The translations under genes were made by a program, and so were the position numbers. A stretch of 6,050 nt of DNA, from the IMG/VR virus record IMGVR_UViG_3300020030_000028, positions 1-6,050 of that record. One strand, given 5' to 3'. The DNA comes from a virus. Below, piece by piece: positions 5,570-6,050 of the stretch; the first letter of the stretch is position 1, and each line of letters opens with the position of its first letter. Below the pieces are notes generated by a model. It saw only the letters and a program-made list of their open reading frames with translations. It was not told where the DNA came from and searched no databases.

Positions 5570-5866
5570 ATGGCACTTGATTGGTTACTTGAAGACTCTC
5601 CCGCCTACGTTTCTCGCGGTCAGCGTATTTTGTCTGTTCTTGACGGCTCTGGCTCTGTTGACGTTCTCCCTGGCCGGCCGGATCTCCCCGCAGAGCAGTC
5701 TGATTGGGATAAGGGTGAACGCTACAATCCTGACCTTGATTTTGACCCTAATTCCTTTTCCCGCATGGATAAGTTCGACGGCCTAGAAGTTGGTCAGGAA
5801 CTTATTGATTCAGAGCTGGATAGATCGAAGTCCGGTTCTAAGACTGCTAATTCTGAAGAAAAATAG
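5570..5866 (+). CDS. Highly acidic hypothetical protein (98 aa), possible scaffolding-like or disordered factor
   Basis: ATG-started ORF 12 nt after the capsid stop. It has about 22 Asp+Glu against about 11 Lys+Arg, and low-complexity D/S/G/P-rich composition. No recognisable domain. Confidence 0.6.
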   Translation: MALDWLLEDSPAYVSRGQRILSVLDGSGSVDVLPGRPDLPAEQSDWDKGERYNPDLDFDPNSFSRMDKFDGLEVGQELIDSELDRSKSGSKTANSEEK

Positions 5867-5898
5867 TACAGTCTTCACTTGACGATATATGTTACGTG

Positions 5899-5925
5899 CG
5901 CGGACCCCTTCTGCGAGAGTCCGTG
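5899..5925 (+). other. Stem-loop in the second intergenic region
   Basis: cggac (5901-5905) pairs with gtccg (5919-5923). The stem can extend outward with G.T and C-G (5899-5900/5924-5925), and an inner tct/aga helix (5910-5912/5916-5918) is possible. It sits immediately downstream of the AT-rich tract acgatatatgttac. Confidence 0.3.
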
Positions 5926-5946
5926 AATCGCTGAAGGTTATTGGTA

Positions 5947-6050
5947 ACGACTGCAGGAGAGGCCGCGCATTTTTCTATCGTTCTTTAAATTCTACTATCA
6001 TGTCTGATACTAAACAACCCTTTTATAAGTCGAAGGCGTTTTGGACGCTC
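5947..6050. repeat. Terminal redundancy, copy 2 (identical to 1-104); contains a duplicated partial copy of the 63-aa ORF start (ATG at 6000)
   Basis: Exact identity with 1-104. 6000 equals 54 + 5946. Confidence 0.95.

Noticed and set aside
5532-5786. 84-aa very hydrophobic +1-frame ORF overlapping the capsid end and the acidic ORF
   Set aside because: The only start is a TTG, with no in-frame ATG. Its hydrophobicity is the expected result of T3 bias read in the +1 frame.
5876-5903. dif-like XerC/XerD site on the minus strand (gcgcacgtaa-catata-tcgtcaagtga), considered because some microviruses integrate at dif
   Set aside because: Compared by eye with the E. coli dif 28-mer, the XerC-arm-like half matches about 7 of 11 positions. 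The XerD arm, normally the best conserved, matches only about 2 of 11. No second half-site palindrome is visible.
5879-5907. TTGACG as a sigma-70 -35 box
   Set aside because: No TATAAT-like hexamer lies 16-18 nt downstream; the sequence there is ggaccc. No gene start follows within a sensible distance on this strand before the hairpin.
6000-6050. Apparent truncated ORF at the right end
   Set aside because: It is the duplicated 5' end of the 54-245 ORF inside the terminal overlap, not a separate gene.

Overview
The window holds one complete circular genome of a small ssDNA phage of the family Microviridae. It is not phiX-like and is closer to gokushovirus/alpavirus-type phages. Bases 1-104 repeat exactly at 5947-6050, so the unit length is 5,946 nt and the repeat is the overlap of a circle written out linearly. 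All eight genes I can support lie on the + strand and are tightly packed, with gaps of 1 nt (245/247) and 3 nt (3763/3767) and a TGATG overlap at 2691-2695. Three are recognisable from their translations: the major capsid protein (3767-5557), the rolling-circle HUH replication initiator (2693-3763) and the DNA pilot/minor capsid protein (247-1527). The other five are small ORFans: a 63-aa lipoprotein-like membrane protein, proteins of 104 and 107 aa, a 67-aa ORF coupled to Rep, and a very acidic 98-aa protein. There are only three noncoding gaps. The largest (2256-2489) is GC-rich and packed with hairpins, 5867-5999 holds a hairpin next to an AT-rich tract, and 1528-1606 contains a Bacteroides-type promoter match. 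I see no recognisable lysis gene, no small basic DNA-packaging protein, no integrase, no tRNA or rRNA, and no CRISPR array. The points most worth follow-up are the lipoprotein-like ORF as a candidate lysis or exclusion factor, the structured intergenic element, membrane-like ORFs embedded in the +1 frame of Rep and the pilot gene, a recurring DFD(P)-encoding 12-mer, and signs of a Bacteroidota host. All homology statements come from reading motifs by eye; no database search was possible.
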